A DNA stretch of 64,000 nucleotides from an uncultured Solibacteraceae bacterium (GTDB lineage: Bacteria; Acidobacteriota; Vicinamibacteria; Vicinamibacterales; SCN-69-37). The notes beneath the pieces were generated by a model. The model saw only the letters and a program-made list of their open reading frames with translations, had not been told where the DNA came from and did no database searches. The stretch is from positions 1,232 to 65,231 of the forward strand of contig CAZNMF010000049.1 in the NCBI GenBank assembly GCA_964573795.1. Reading direction: 5' to 3'. The position numbers were made by a program, and so were the translations under genes. Below, in pieces: positions 1 to 9,025 of the stretch; the first letter of the stretch is position 1; each line of letters opens with the position of its first letter.

Positions 1-23
1 TCATCCCAGACGCTGGAAGCCAT
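1..23 (-). CDS. dnaA: Possible 5' end of dnaA (only 7 codons in window: MASSVWD...)
   Basis: The reverse complement of 1-23 reads ATG GCT TCC AGC GTC TGG GAT GA and runs off the left edge. It is divergent from rpmH, as in the canonical dnaA/rpmH arrangement, with DnaA boxes in between. Identity cannot be proven from 7 codons. Confidence 0.3.
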
Positions 24-209
24 GCTGATCAACCCCGGAATCGCCATTTTCAAGACCGGTCTGGCGCTGCCTCACCGATGTTACGCCGGTCCCGTCGCGC
101 GGGCAAAAAGAGCCTGAAAACGGCCGAAAACACGCAGGTCAGACCATCGAAATACGCTGTAAGTGCCGTATTTGCTATGTGTTGGCGGCTTCAGTCCCGT
201 GAAGATTGG

Positions 210-241
210 ATTTCCACAGGTTTTTCCACAGATGTGGAAAA
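210..241. promoter_or_regulatory. Cluster of three DnaA-box-like 9-mers
   Basis: ATTTCCACA (210-218), TTTTCCACA (222-230) and TGTGGAAAA (233-241, the reverse complement of TTTTCCACA). Each differs from the TTATCCACA consensus at 1-2 positions. They lie between the putative dnaA start and rpmH. Confidence 0.6.
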
Positions 242-369
242 CTACCCGCGCCGGATGCCCTGCTTCGCGGAAAGCTGGCGAATCTACCACAGCCGTCCGC
301 CCCGCACAATCCGTGAATGAAGAGATTGGCGGAAGCTATCGACACGGGGCGAAGGGCGGCCTTCGGACG

Positions 370-398
370 TTGACAGGCCAGCCACCGGCCGTTACGAT
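370..398 (+). promoter_or_regulatory. Putative sigma-70-type promoter of the rpmH operon
   Basis: TTGACA (370-375), a 17-nt spacer, then TACGAT (393-398). This sits about 40 nt upstream of the rpmH ATG. Confidence 0.45.
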
Positions 399-440
399 TC
401 ATGTTTCTCCAGTGTGTAAGGACACCTGGCCGGGAGCCCC

Positions 441-587
441 ATGAAGCGCACGTATCAGCCCAATCGCCGCCGTCGCCGCCGCACCCATGGTTTTCTCGTT
501 CGGATGCGGACCAAGAACGGCCGGATCGTGCTCAAGCGGCGCCGCGCCAAGGGCCGCAAGCGCCTCACCGTTTCGTCCGAGTCCTGA
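441..587 (+). CDS. rpmH: 50S ribosomal protein L34
   Basis: Hand translation gives [48 protein letters not shown], the typical L34 sequence. The ORF (48 aa) is absent from the supplied track. Confidence 0.95.
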   Translation: MKRTYQPNRRRRRRTHGFLVRMRTKNGRIVLKRRRAKGRKRLTVSSES

Positions 588-622
588 GCCCGCGTGGGCG
601 CGGCCCGCGCGCGGTGGTGCGC

Positions 623-991
623 ATGTCGCAGCGGTTTCCCACGTCTGTTCGCCTGCGCGTTCGCTCGGAGTTCACCTCGGTCCAGGAACGAGGCCGCCGC
701 GTGCCGTCGCGGTATCTGACGTTGCTCGCCATGCCCAACTCGCTCGATCGTGACCGCCTCGGCATCATCGCGTCGCGACGCATGGGCGGCGCGGTCGCGC
801 GCAATCGAGCCAAGCGCATGCTTCGCGACATCTTCCGCCGGCAGGAGCCCGGCACGGCCGCCGCGCGCGGCCTTCGCCCCCTCGATCTGGTGGTGATCCC
901 ACGCCGGGAGCTGGTCACGGCGCCTCTGGCGGCCGTCGAACAGGACTTCCGGATCGCGTTGCACCGCGTCGATCGAGCGAGACCACGATGA
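623..991 (+). CDS. rnpA: Ribonuclease P protein component
   Basis: Lies inside ORF 401..991 and follows rpmH. Basic protein with the ...ASRRMGGAVARNRAKRMLRDIFR... motif region. The ATG at 623 was chosen; in-frame GTGs at 614 and 617 are alternatives. Confidence 0.85.
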   Translation: MSQRFPTSVRLRVRSEFTSVQERGRRVPSRYLTLLAMPNSLDRDRLGIIASRRMGGAVARNRAKRMLRDIFRRQEPGTAAARGLRPLDLVVIPRRELVTAPLAAVEQDFRIALHRVDRARPR

Positions 992-1224
992 CGACGACGG
1001 CGCGTCTCGCGCACGTTGCAGTGCGGGCGTATCAACTCGTGCTGAGCCCGCTCGTGGGCGGCGCGTGCCGCTTCGAGCCTTCCTGCTCGGCGTACGCGCT
1101 CGAGGCGATAGAACGGCACGGCGCCGCCCGCGGCCTCTGGCTCGCGCTGCGGCGCATCAGCCGCTGCCATCCATTTGCGCGGCCGGGCATCGATCCCGTC
1201 CCGCCGCGGATGGATCACGTCTGA
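988..1224 (+). CDS. yidD: Membrane protein insertion efficiency factor YidD
   Basis: 78 aa with the CRFEPSCSAYALEAIERHG and RCHPF motifs. Has a 4-nt ATGA overlap with rnpA. Confidence 0.9.
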   Translation: MTTTARLAHVAVRAYQLVLSPLVGGACRFEPSCSAYALEAIERHGAARGLWLALRRISRCHPFARPGIDPVPPRMDHV

Positions 1225-1238
1225 GACGGTTGGCCTTC

Positions 1239-2936
1239 ATGGAAAAGCGCGTTTTTCTGGCAATCCTGCTGTGCTTCGCGGTGCTCGCGGTCTATCAGGT
1301 GATGTTTCCGCCCGCCAAGCCCGCGCCGGCGGCCGCCGCCGTGACGCCGAGCGCTGCGACTACGCCGCCAGCGACGAGCGATCAACCCGCATCTGCACCG
1401 GCATCCGCGCCGTCCGTCGCGGCTCCATCGGCTGCCCCGCTCGTCGCCGACGCCGCAGCGCGCGACATCGTCGTGGACACCGACGCGGTTCATGCGGTGT
1501 TCTCGACGGCCGGCGCCACGCTGAAGCAGTGGCAGCTCAAGCGGTATCTCGAGTCGGACGCGCCGCTCGAGCTCATCCCGCAGGACGTTCCCGCCAACTA
1601 TCCGCGCGCGTTTGCGATCACGACCGACGATGCGGCGCTGTCGAAGACGCTGGCCACGGCGCTCTTCAGGCCGAGCGCGGCGTCGCTGACGCTCGGCGCG
1701 ACGCCGGGACAGTTGACGTTCGAGTTCAAGGACGCCAGCGGCCTCAACGCACGCAAGACGTTCTACTTTCAGCCTGAAGGCAAATCGTACGTGCTGCGTG
1801 TGGAAGCGGCGATCGACGTGAACGGCGTCTCGAAGCCCGTGACGATCGCGTCGGGGCCGGCGCTTGGCCTCGGCTATCAGCCCGACGGCTCGCGTCACGT
1901 GCCGGTGCGCGCGATTCATCATCTCGACGGCAAGGTCACGCGACTGACCGCGAGCAATCTCCAGAAGCAGTCGCACTATCAAGGCGACATCAAGTTCGCG
2001 GGCGTCGAGGATCAGTACTTTCTGAATGCCGCCCTGCCCGGCGATCAGAAGGTCACGATCGACTACGAGCCGCTGACGCTGCCGGTGCCGGGCGCCGCGA
2101 GCACGGAGACGCGCGGCCTGATCGACTACCGCGTCTCGGTTCCCGGGGCGCTCGCGCTGCCGTTCTTCCTCGGCCCGAAGGACTTCGACACGCTGCAAAA
2201 CGTCGATCCGCGGCTGCAGCTCGTGCTGGCGATCGACTTCGGCATGTTCCGCGCGATCGTCGTCCCGCTGCTGATCGCGCTGAAGTGGATCAACGGCTAT
2301 CTCGGCAACTACGGCTGGTCGATCGTCGCGCTCACGGTGATCATCAACCTGATCATCTTCCCGCTCCGCCACCGCAGCATGGTGTCGATGAAGAAGATGC
2401 AGGCGGTCCAGCCTGAAGTGAAAGCGATCCAGGAGCGCTACGCGAAGTACAAGATCACGGACCCCGAGCGCCAGAAGATGAACCAGGAGATGATGGCGCT
2501 CTACAAGCAGAAAGGCGTCAATCCTGCGAGCGGCTGCTTGCCGATGCTGTTGACGCTGCCGATCCTCTACGCGTTCTACGCGCTGCTCGGCGCCGCGATC
2601 GAGCTGCGCGGCGCGCCGTTCGTCGGCTGGATTCACGACCTGTCGCGCCACGATCCGTTCTACGTCACGCCCGTGCTGATGGGCGTGTCGATGCTGTGGC
2701 AACAGCGGATGATGCCGACGACGGCCGACCCGATTCAGCAGAAGATGTTTCTGCTGATGCCGGTGATCTTCACCGTGTCGTTCCTGTGGGCGCCCTCGGG
2801 CCTCGTCATCTACTGGTTCGCGAGCAACGCCCTGGCCATCGGCCAGCAGTATTTGACGAATCGTATGATCGCCGCGCCGGCGCGTCCGGCGCCGGCGCGC
2901 CGCAGCGCAGGCAACGGCAAAGCGAAATCTTCGTAG
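1239..2936 (+). CDS. yidC: Membrane protein insertase YidC
   Basis: Inner ATG (MEKRVFLAILLCF...) of ORF 1065..2936. N-terminal TM segment, Ala/Pro-rich linker, and a conserved C-terminal 60-kDa insertase core (...PLRHRSMVSMKKMQAVQPEVKAIQERY...GCLPMLLTLPI...). Confidence 0.9.
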   Translation: MEKRVFLAILLCFAVLAVYQVMFPPAKPAPAAAAVTPSAATTPPATSDQPASAPASAPSVAAPSAAPLVADAAARDIVVDTDAVHAVFSTAGATLKQWQLKRYLESDAPLELIPQDVPANYPRAFAITTDDAALSKTLATALFRPSAASLTLGATPGQLTFEFKDASGLNARKTFYFQPEGKSYVLRVEAAIDVNGVSKPVTIASGPALGLGYQPDGSRHVPVRAIHHLDGKVTRLTASNLQKQSHYQGDIKFAGVEDQYFLNAALPGDQKVTIDYEPLTLPVPGAASTETRGLIDYRVSVPGALALPFFLGPKDFDTLQNVDPRLQLVLAIDFGMFRAIVVPLLIALKWINGYLGNYGWSIVALTVIINLIIFPLRHRSMVSMKKMQAVQPEVKAIQERYAKYKITDPERQKMNQEMMALYKQKGVNPASGCLPMLLTLPILYAFYALLGAAIELRGAPFVGWIHDLSRHDPFYVTPVLMGVSMLWQQRMMPTTADPIQQKMFLLMPVIFTVSFLWAPSGLVIYWFASNALAIGQQYLTNRMIAAPARPAPARRSAGNGKAKSS

Positions 2937-2946
2937 ACGGTGCACC

Positions 2947-3399
2947 ATGAGCAGCGACCTTGATACGCAGGTGATCGACTTCGTCCGTCGCGTGACGGCA
3001 GCGATGGGGCTCGACTTGACGGCCGACGTCGAAGAGACGGCGGACAACGTGCGCGTGAACCTGTCAGGCACCGGCGCAGAGGTCCTGTTGCGGCGCAAGG
3101 GCGAAGCGCTCGACGCGCTGCAGGTCATCGTCAACACCGCGTTTCGTCGCGACGCCCGCGGCGATCGCCACTACGTCGTCGACGCGCTCGGCTTTCGCAA
3201 GGACAAGGACTCCGAGCTCCGGCAGATGGCGCAGTACCTCATCGACAAGGCGAAGAGCTCGGGCACGCCGCAGGAGATCGGCCCGCTCAATCCCTATGCG
3301 CGCCGGATCGTGCATCTGGCCGTCTCGGAGGATTCGGGCGTCACGTCCGAGAGCATCGGCGACGCGTTTCTGAAGACCGTGATCATCTCGCCGAAGTAG
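2947..3399 (+). CDS. jag: Jag/KhpB-type RNA-binding protein (KH + R3H)
   Basis: 150 aa in the conserved position after yidC. C-terminal R3H-like segment ...LNPYARRIVHLAV... Confidence 0.8.
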   Translation: MSSDLDTQVIDFVRRVTAAMGLDLTADVEETADNVRVNLSGTGAEVLLRRKGEALDALQVIVNTAFRRDARGDRHYVVDALGFRKDKDSELRQMAQYLIDKAKSSGTPQEIGPLNPYARRIVHLAVSEDSGVTSESIGDAFLKTVIISPK

Positions 3400-3421
3400 C
3401 CGCGCGCGGCGGCGCAGGCCC

Positions 3422-4783
3422 GTGTTCAGCACGACCGACACCATCGTCGCAATCGCGACGCCCCCCGGACGCGGCGGCCTCGGCGTCGTGCGCGTGTCGG
3501 GCGCCGACGCCTGCCGAATCGCGCGCGCGCTGCTCCGGCGCGAGGCGCCGCTCGAGCCGCGATACGCCACATTCGGACGGATCGCCGAGGGGACCGGCGC
3601 GGACACGCGCGTCCTCGACGAAGTCGTCGTCACCTGGTTCGAGTCGCCGCGCTCGTACACGACAGAAGACGTCGTCGAAATCGCCGCGCATGGCAGCCCC
3701 GTGCTGCTCGCGCGCATCGTCCAGCTCGCGATGGCCGCGGGCGCGCGGCTGGCCGAGCCGGGCGAGTTCACGCTTCGCGCGTATCTGCACGGCCGTCTGG
3801 ATCTCGTGCAGGCCGAGGCCGTGGCCGATCTGATCGATGCGGTGACGCCGCTGCAGGCGCGGGCCGCCATGGATCAGCTCGAAGGGACGTTGACGTCCTC
3901 GGTGAAGGCGATTGACGCGGCGCTGTTCGATCTCGCCGCGCGCCTGGAGGCGTCGCTCGACTTCCCCGATGAGGGCTTTCACTTCATCACGCGCGGTGAG
4001 ACGGCGGCCGCGTTGGCGGACATCCGGGAAGGACTGGCGGCGCTGGCGCGTGACGGGCGCGCCGGCCGGCTGATCCGCGAAGGCGGGCTCGTCGTCATCG
4101 GCGGACGACCCAACGCGGGCAAGTCGAGTTTGTTCAATGCGCTGGCCGGGGCGTCGCGAGCCATTGTCACGGACGTTCCGGGCACGACGCGCGACGTGCT
4201 CACCGAGCGCGTGGATGTGGGCGGCGTGCCGCTGACGCTCGTTGACACGGCGGGCCTGCGCCGGACGGACGACGTGATCGAAGCGGAAGGTGTCGGCCGC
4301 GCACGCCAGGCGATGGCCATTGCGGCGCTTCGACTGCTCGTCGTGGATCGATCCCGTCCGATCGACGAGGACGATCGCGTCGAAGCGCCTGCCGAGCGCT
4401 CCATCCTCGTGCGGAGCAAGTCGGACCTGCCGCGCGATCCGTCGTGGCCAGCAATCGAGGAATGGTCCGTGCCGTCGGTCGACGTTTCGGTCGTGACCGG
4501 CGAGGGACTCGATCGTCTGCGCGCGCTGATTCTCGACGCGTTGGCGGATCGCGACGACTGGCGCGACACGCCGGTGATCTCGAACGTCCGTCATCTGAAG
4601 CACGTGCAGCGTGCGCTCGAGGCGCTCGATCGCGCGAGGGCGTCGCTCGACGCGGGGGCGACCGAGGAGCTGGCGCTGGCCGAGCTCGCCGCCGCGCGAC
4701 AGGCGCTCGAGGAGCTGACCGGCCGGCGAACCGCCGACGATTTGCTCGAGCGAATCTTCTCGCGCTTCTGCGTCGGGAAATGA
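3422..4783 (+). CDS. mnmE: tRNA modification GTPase MnmE
   Basis: 453 aa with TIVAIATPPGRGGLGVVRVSG at the N-terminus, G-domain GRPNAGKSSLFNAL, DTAG, and the C-terminal FCVGK. GTG start. Confidence 0.95.
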   Translation: MFSTTDTIVAIATPPGRGGLGVVRVSGADACRIARALLRREAPLEPRYATFGRIAEGTGADTRVLDEVVVTWFESPRSYTTEDVVEIAAHGSPVLLARIVQLAMAAGARLAEPGEFTLRAYLHGRLDLVQAEAVADLIDAVTPLQARAAMDQLEGTLTSSVKAIDAALFDLAARLEASLDFPDEGFHFITRGETAAALADIREGLAALARDGRAGRLIREGGLVVIGGRPNAGKSSLFNALAGASRAIVTDVPGTTRDVLTERVDVGGVPLTLVDTAGLRRTDDVIEAEGVGRARQAMAIAALRLLVVDRSRPIDEDDRVEAPAERSILVRSKSDLPRDPSWPAIEEWSVPSVDVSVVTGEGLDRLRALILDALADRDDWRDTPVISNVRHLKHVQRALEALDRARASLDAGATEELALAELAAARQALEELTGRRTADDLLERIFSRFCVGK

Positions 4784-6621
4784 TCGCGGACATGGATCGC
4801 GTCGACGTCATCGTGATCGGCGCCGGTCACGCCGGATGCGAGGCGGCATGGGCCGCCGCGCGCATGGGATGCCGCGTGGCGATCTGCACGCTGTCGATGG
4901 ACACCATCGCGCTGATGCCCTGCAACCCTGCGGTCGGCGGCACGGCGAAGGGCCATCTCGTGCGTGAGATCGACGCGCTGGGTGGCCTGATGGGCCACGC
5001 GATCGACGCGACGGGCATCCAGTTCAAGCTGCTCAATCGGAGCCGCGGACCCGCGGTGTGGTCGCCGCGCGCGCAGGCCGACAAGCGCCGGTATGGCGCG
5101 TGGGTGCGCGAGGCGCTGTCACGCGAGCCGAATGTGCGCTGGCTCATCGGCCGCGCGGGTCGGATCGTCGTCGATGACGGCCGCGTGACGGGGCTCGAGC
5201 TCGAGGATGGCTCGCGTATCGCGTGCCGCGCGCTCGTCATCACGACGGGCACGTTTCTGAACGGCCTGGTGCACGTCGGCGACGAGCAGCGGCCGTCGGG
5301 CCGCGCCGGCGAGCCGCCGACGCGCGCGCTCGCGGAGTCGCTGCGATCGATTGGCGTCGAGATGGGCCGGCTGAAGACGGGTACGCCGCCGCGGCTCGAT
5401 CGGCGCAGCATCGATTTCTCGCGCTTTCCCGAAGAACGGGGCGACGATCCGATCGTTCCCTTCTCGTTCATGTCGCCGCCGATCGCGCGCGAGCAGATCC
5501 CGTGTCATCTCGTCTACACGACCGAGCGGCTGCACGATCTCGTGCGCGACAACATCGGCCGATCGCCGCTCTACAACGGGCAGATCTCCGGCATCGGTCC
5601 GCGCTACTGCCCGTCGCTCGAGGACAAGGTGATGCGCTTCCCCGAGAAGGAGCGCCATCAGATCTTTCTCGAGCCGGAGGGCGTGGACGTCGACGAGATC
5701 TACGTGAACGGCCTGTCGATGAGCCTGCCGCGGGACGTGCAGGAGTCCATCGTGCACGCGCTGCCCGGCCTCGAGTCCGCGCGCGTGCTGCGGCATGCGT
5801 ACGCGGTCGAGTACGACTTCGTCCAGCCGACGGAGCTGCATCGATCGCTCGAGACCAAGCGTCTGCCAGGCTTGTTCCTCGCCGGCCAGATCAACGGCAC
5901 GTCCGGGTACGAGGAGGCCGCGGCGCAAGGGTTGATGGCCGGCATCAATGCGGCGCACGCGGTGCGCGGGGACGCGCCCGTCGTGCTCGGACGCGACCAG
6001 GCGTACATCGGGATCCTCGTCGACGATCTCGTCACGCGCGGATGTCTCGAGCCGTATCGCATGTTCACGTCACGCGCGGAGCATCGTCTGCGCCTGCGGA
6101 TCGACAACGCGGACCTGCGCCTGACGCCGATCGGCCGCGAGATCGGGCTCGTCGACGAAGCGCGGTGGCGATCGTTCGACGCGCGACGCGAGCGGCTCGC
6201 GCGCAATCTCGATCGCGCGGAGCAAACGCGCGTGGCGATCGACGGAGACACGACGACGGCCGCGCAGGCGCTGTCGCGGCCGCCGGTGACGCTGGAAGAC
6301 CTGCGCGCGGCGGGATTCGCGATCGAGCACGACGCGCGGCGTGGCGATCTGGACGCGGCGACGCTGACCGCGGAGCTGAAATATCGTGGCTATCTCAAGC
6401 GCCATGACGCACAGCTTGCGCGCACGCAGGCGGACGAGGCGCGACGGATTCCCGCGACGTTCTCTTACTCGGCGATTCCTGGGCTCTCGCGCGAAGTCGT
6501 GGAGCGGCTCACCCACGTGCGCCCGGAAACAATCGGCCAGGCCGCGCGGGTGCCGGGCGTCACGCCCGCCGCCATCGCCATCGTCGCCGCGCGCGTGTCG
6601 CGTTGGACGCCTGAGAGCTGA
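4780..6621 (+). CDS. mnmG: tRNA uridine 5-carboxymethylaminomethyl modification enzyme MnmG (GidA)
   Basis: Inner start MIADMDRVDVIVIGAGHAGCEAA... (FAD-binding GxGxxG). The rest of ORF 4444..6621 is typical GidA. ATGA overlap with mnmE. Confidence 0.95.
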   Translation: MIADMDRVDVIVIGAGHAGCEAAWAAARMGCRVAICTLSMDTIALMPCNPAVGGTAKGHLVREIDALGGLMGHAIDATGIQFKLLNRSRGPAVWSPRAQADKRRYGAWVREALSREPNVRWLIGRAGRIVVDDGRVTGLELEDGSRIACRALVITTGTFLNGLVHVGDEQRPSGRAGEPPTRALAESLRSIGVEMGRLKTGTPPRLDRRSIDFSRFPEERGDDPIVPFSFMSPPIAREQIPCHLVYTTERLHDLVRDNIGRSPLYNGQISGIGPRYCPSLEDKVMRFPEKERHQIFLEPEGVDVDEIYVNGLSMSLPRDVQESIVHALPGLESARVLRHAYAVEYDFVQPTELHRSLETKRLPGLFLAGQINGTSGYEEAAAQGLMAGINAAHAVRGDAPVVLGRDQAYIGILVDDLVTRGCLEPYRMFTSRAEHRLRLRIDNADLRLTPIGREIGLVDEARWRSFDARRERLARNLDRAEQTRVAIDGDTTTAAQALSRPPVTLEDLRAAGFAIEHDARRGDLDAATLTAELKYRGYLKRHDAQLARTQADEARRIPATFSYSAIPGLSREVVERLTHVRPETIGQAARVPGVTPAAIAIVAARVSRWTPES

Positions 6622-6627
6622 TCGCGC

Positions 6628-7239
6628 GTGTCGCCCTTCCCCGCTTTGATCCGCGCGCGCGTCGATGCATCCGGGCTGTCAGTCGCGGACGATCTCGTCG
6701 CGAGGCTCGGTGCGTATCTCGACGTGCTGGCGCGCTGGAATCGGCGGATCAATCTCACGTCGTTCGATCTCGACGCGCCTACTGACGCGGCGATCGATCG
6801 TCTGATCGTCGAGCCGCTGCGCGCCGCGGCGTTCGTCCGTGAGTCCGATCGCGTCGCTCTCGACATCGGATCCGGCGGCGGGTCGCCTGCGATTCCGATC
6901 GCGGTCGCGTGCCCGTGGCTGCGCATGACGCTCGTCGAGATCCGCGCGCGAAAGGCGGCGTTTCTGCGCGAAGCCGTGCGCACGGTTGATCTCGCCGGCG
7001 CGCGCGTCGAAGCCGTGGCGTTCCACCGGCTGGCTGCGGACCATTCACTTGCCAAGCAAGTGGATGTCGTCACGATGCGCGCGGTGCGTGCGGATGGGGA
7101 GATCTGGAAGGCGATCGAAGTGTTGCTTGCGCCTGGCGGGCGCGTGCTGTGGTTCGGCGGCGATCGAGGGGCGATTGAAGGTACATCGTTAGCGCCGGTC
7201 GCCAGTAATGACGTTGTCCTCGTGCTCGCACGTCGCTGA
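6628..7239 (+). CDS. rsmG: 16S rRNA (guanine527-N7)-methyltransferase RsmG (GidB)
   Basis: 203 aa following mnmG. Contains ...WNRRINLTS... and the SAM motif DIGSGGGSPAIPIA. GTG start. Confidence 0.9.
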   Translation: MSPFPALIRARVDASGLSVADDLVARLGAYLDVLARWNRRINLTSFDLDAPTDAAIDRLIVEPLRAAAFVRESDRVALDIGSGGGSPAIPIAVACPWLRMTLVEIRARKAAFLREAVRTVDLAGARVEAVAFHRLAADHSLAKQVDVVTMRAVRADGEIWKAIEVLLAPGGRVLWFGGDRGAIEGTSLAPVASNDVVLVLARR

Positions 7240-7353
7240 AGTCGTCGCATGGTTGTAATTGGGCCAAAAGACCAAAACATGCAACCAGCGACCCCTATGA
7301 CATGGTGCCGGCCGGTCCAGACGGGACGCACGTTCCCTCGCGCAAAAGTGACG

Positions 7354-7369
7354 TGTTCCACGTGGAACA
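7354..7369. other. parS-like centromere site, perfect 16-bp palindrome TGTTCCACGTGGAACA
   Basis: Matches the established parS consensus TGTTNCACGTGAAACA at 15 of its 15 specified positions... one position (G for A in the right half) makes it perfectly symmetric. It lies about 800 bp upstream of parAB, in the origin-proximal region. Confidence 0.75.
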
Positions 7370-7404
7370 TGTCGGTCGTCTTCTCTTGTCGACGACGGTC
7401 GCTC

Positions 7405-7632
7405 CTACTTGCGTCGTTCCTTTGATGGATGGCCGCGCTCGGCCATGAAGCGATCGAAGTCGCCCCAATTCAGCTTCCTTGGCTTCTGTTTGCTTCGGCC
7501 GTACCAGACGATCGCGCCGCGCGATACTTTCAACGTATCGAACTTCACGCCGTCGCGGTACACATCAAACGACACATCCGTTGATCGCAGTTCCTGCCAC
7601 GGCACATTGAACTTTGCCCAATGCTCAGCCAT
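7405..7632 (-). CDS. Hypothetical 75-aa protein (family not recognised)
   Basis: ORF MAEHWAKFNVPWQELRSTDVSF...ERRK. It is the only minus-strand ORF in the first 24 kb that does not overlap a recognised gene. It sits in locally lower-GC DNA and has a purine-rich stretch before the ATG. Confidence 0.5.
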   Translation of the reverse strand: MAEHWAKFNVPWQELRSTDVSFDVYRDGVKFDTLKVSRGAIVWYGRSKQKPRKLNWGDFDRFMAERGHPSKERRK

Positions 7633-8166
7633 TTAGTCCCTGCCTTGAAGTGAGAAAGCGTGTCACGCGTCGCCTGGGCTCCACGTCAGGCTTACGCTCA
7701 GGTCGCACGCGAATCCTACTTCGCCTTGAAGGGAAGAACAGCCCGTTGTTTCCAGACATCACGACCACGAGCTGCCTGCGGGTCAGGTCATCGCGGCGCA
7801 GTCATCTCTCCCAGCGTCTCCAATTTTCGCGGCGTGCAACGACATGCGTGGCCGGCTCGCCGCCTGGTCTGTGCCAACTCACAACTTTCCCTCGAGCGTG
7901 ACGCCCAGACGCGACAAACATCACGCGCTCGGCGAGCCGAATGGCCACGGATTCGCCTCGCATGCTCTTCCCTGTCGCTGCCCTACCAATCTCGTCAGCC
8001 AGACGCCGCGCCATCAAGGCTTGGACTTCGGCGCCACACTTTCACGCGCTCGACCATCGCCCGTGCGTCCCGTTCGAAAACCTGACTTGACGGAAGGCGC
8101 GCTCAACGTCGACAATTTCGCCTGTCGCGTCAGAGCCTAGCCAGAAGATATTTGGTCATATAACAT

Positions 8167-9015
8167 ATGAGCGAGCGCGCCCGCATCATTGCCGTCGCCA
8201 ACCAAAAAGGCGGCGTCGCCAAGACGACCACGGCCATCAATCTCGGTGCGTCGCTGGCCATGGCCAATCAGCGTGTGCTGCTCGTCGACCTCGACCCGCA
8301 GGGCAACCTGACGAGCGGCGTCGGACGAAAGGGAAGTCCGGGGCCCGGCGGCACCGCCTATGAGGCGCTCACCGGCGACGACGATCCGCGTGGGTTCGTC
8401 ATTCCGACGGGGGTCGACCACCTGTCGCTCATCCCGGCGGACCGCGACCTCACGGGCGCCGAAATCGAGCTCGTCGGTCTCGATGCCCGCGAGCGCCGGC
8501 TGGAGCGCGTGCTCGCCTCGCTCGCGCCGGACTTCGACTACATCTTCGTGGACTCGCCGCCGTCGCTCGGCCTGCTCACCCTCAACGCGCTCGTCGCCGC
8601 CGACGCGGTGCTGATTCCCCTCAACTGCGAGTACTTCGCGCTCGAGGGCATCGCCGAGCTGATGGCGACGATCGACCGCGTGCGCGCCGCGCTCAACCCG
8701 CGCCTCGCCGTCGAAGGCGTGCTGCTGACGATGTACGACGACCGGACGAACCTGGGTCAGCAGGTGAGCGCCAACATCCGTGAGTTCTTCGGCGACCAGG
8801 TCTACCGCACCGTGATCCCGCGCAACATCCGGCTCGGTGAGGCGCCGAGCCACGGCGTGCCGGTCATCCTCTACGACGCGCGCTCGCGCGGCGCAGAGGC
8901 TTATGTGGCATTCGCACATGAGTTCATGGCGCGCACACGCCGGCCCGCGCCCGACGCCGATGCCGCTGGCACGCCGCCGCCGGACCAGGCGCCGCCGCAC
9001 TCGGAGCAGGAATAG
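8167..9015 (+). CDS. parA: Chromosome partitioning ATPase ParA/Soj
   Basis: Deviant Walker A motif AVANQKGGVAKTTTAINL, plus LLVDLDPQGN. Has a Pro/Ala-rich C-terminal tail. Confidence 0.95.
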   Translation: MSERARIIAVANQKGGVAKTTTAINLGASLAMANQRVLLVDLDPQGNLTSGVGRKGSPGPGGTAYEALTGDDDPRGFVIPTGVDHLSLIPADRDLTGAEIELVGLDARERRLERVLASLAPDFDYIFVDSPPSLGLLTLNALVAADAVLIPLNCEYFALEGIAELMATIDRVRAALNPRLAVEGVLLTMYDDRTNLGQQVSANIREFFGDQVYRTVIPRNIRLGEAPSHGVPVILYDARSRGAEAYVAFAHEFMARTRRPAPDADAAGTPPPDQAPPHSEQE

Positions 9016-9025
9016 GAGCCCGCAC

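Noticed and set aside
7633-8140. Minus-strand frame interrupted only by two TGA codons; considered as a selenoprotein, a recoded gene or a recent pseudogene.
   Set aside because: The translation has no recognisable domain and no SECIS-like hairpin after the TGAs. Plus-strand frames of the same region are similarly open, so this is probably compositional. It is kept only as part of the islet finding.
7240-8166. The rsmG-parA spacer as the replication origin (oriC).
   Set aside because: I found no 9-mer within 2 mismatches of TTATCCACA on either strand. The only strong site is parS.
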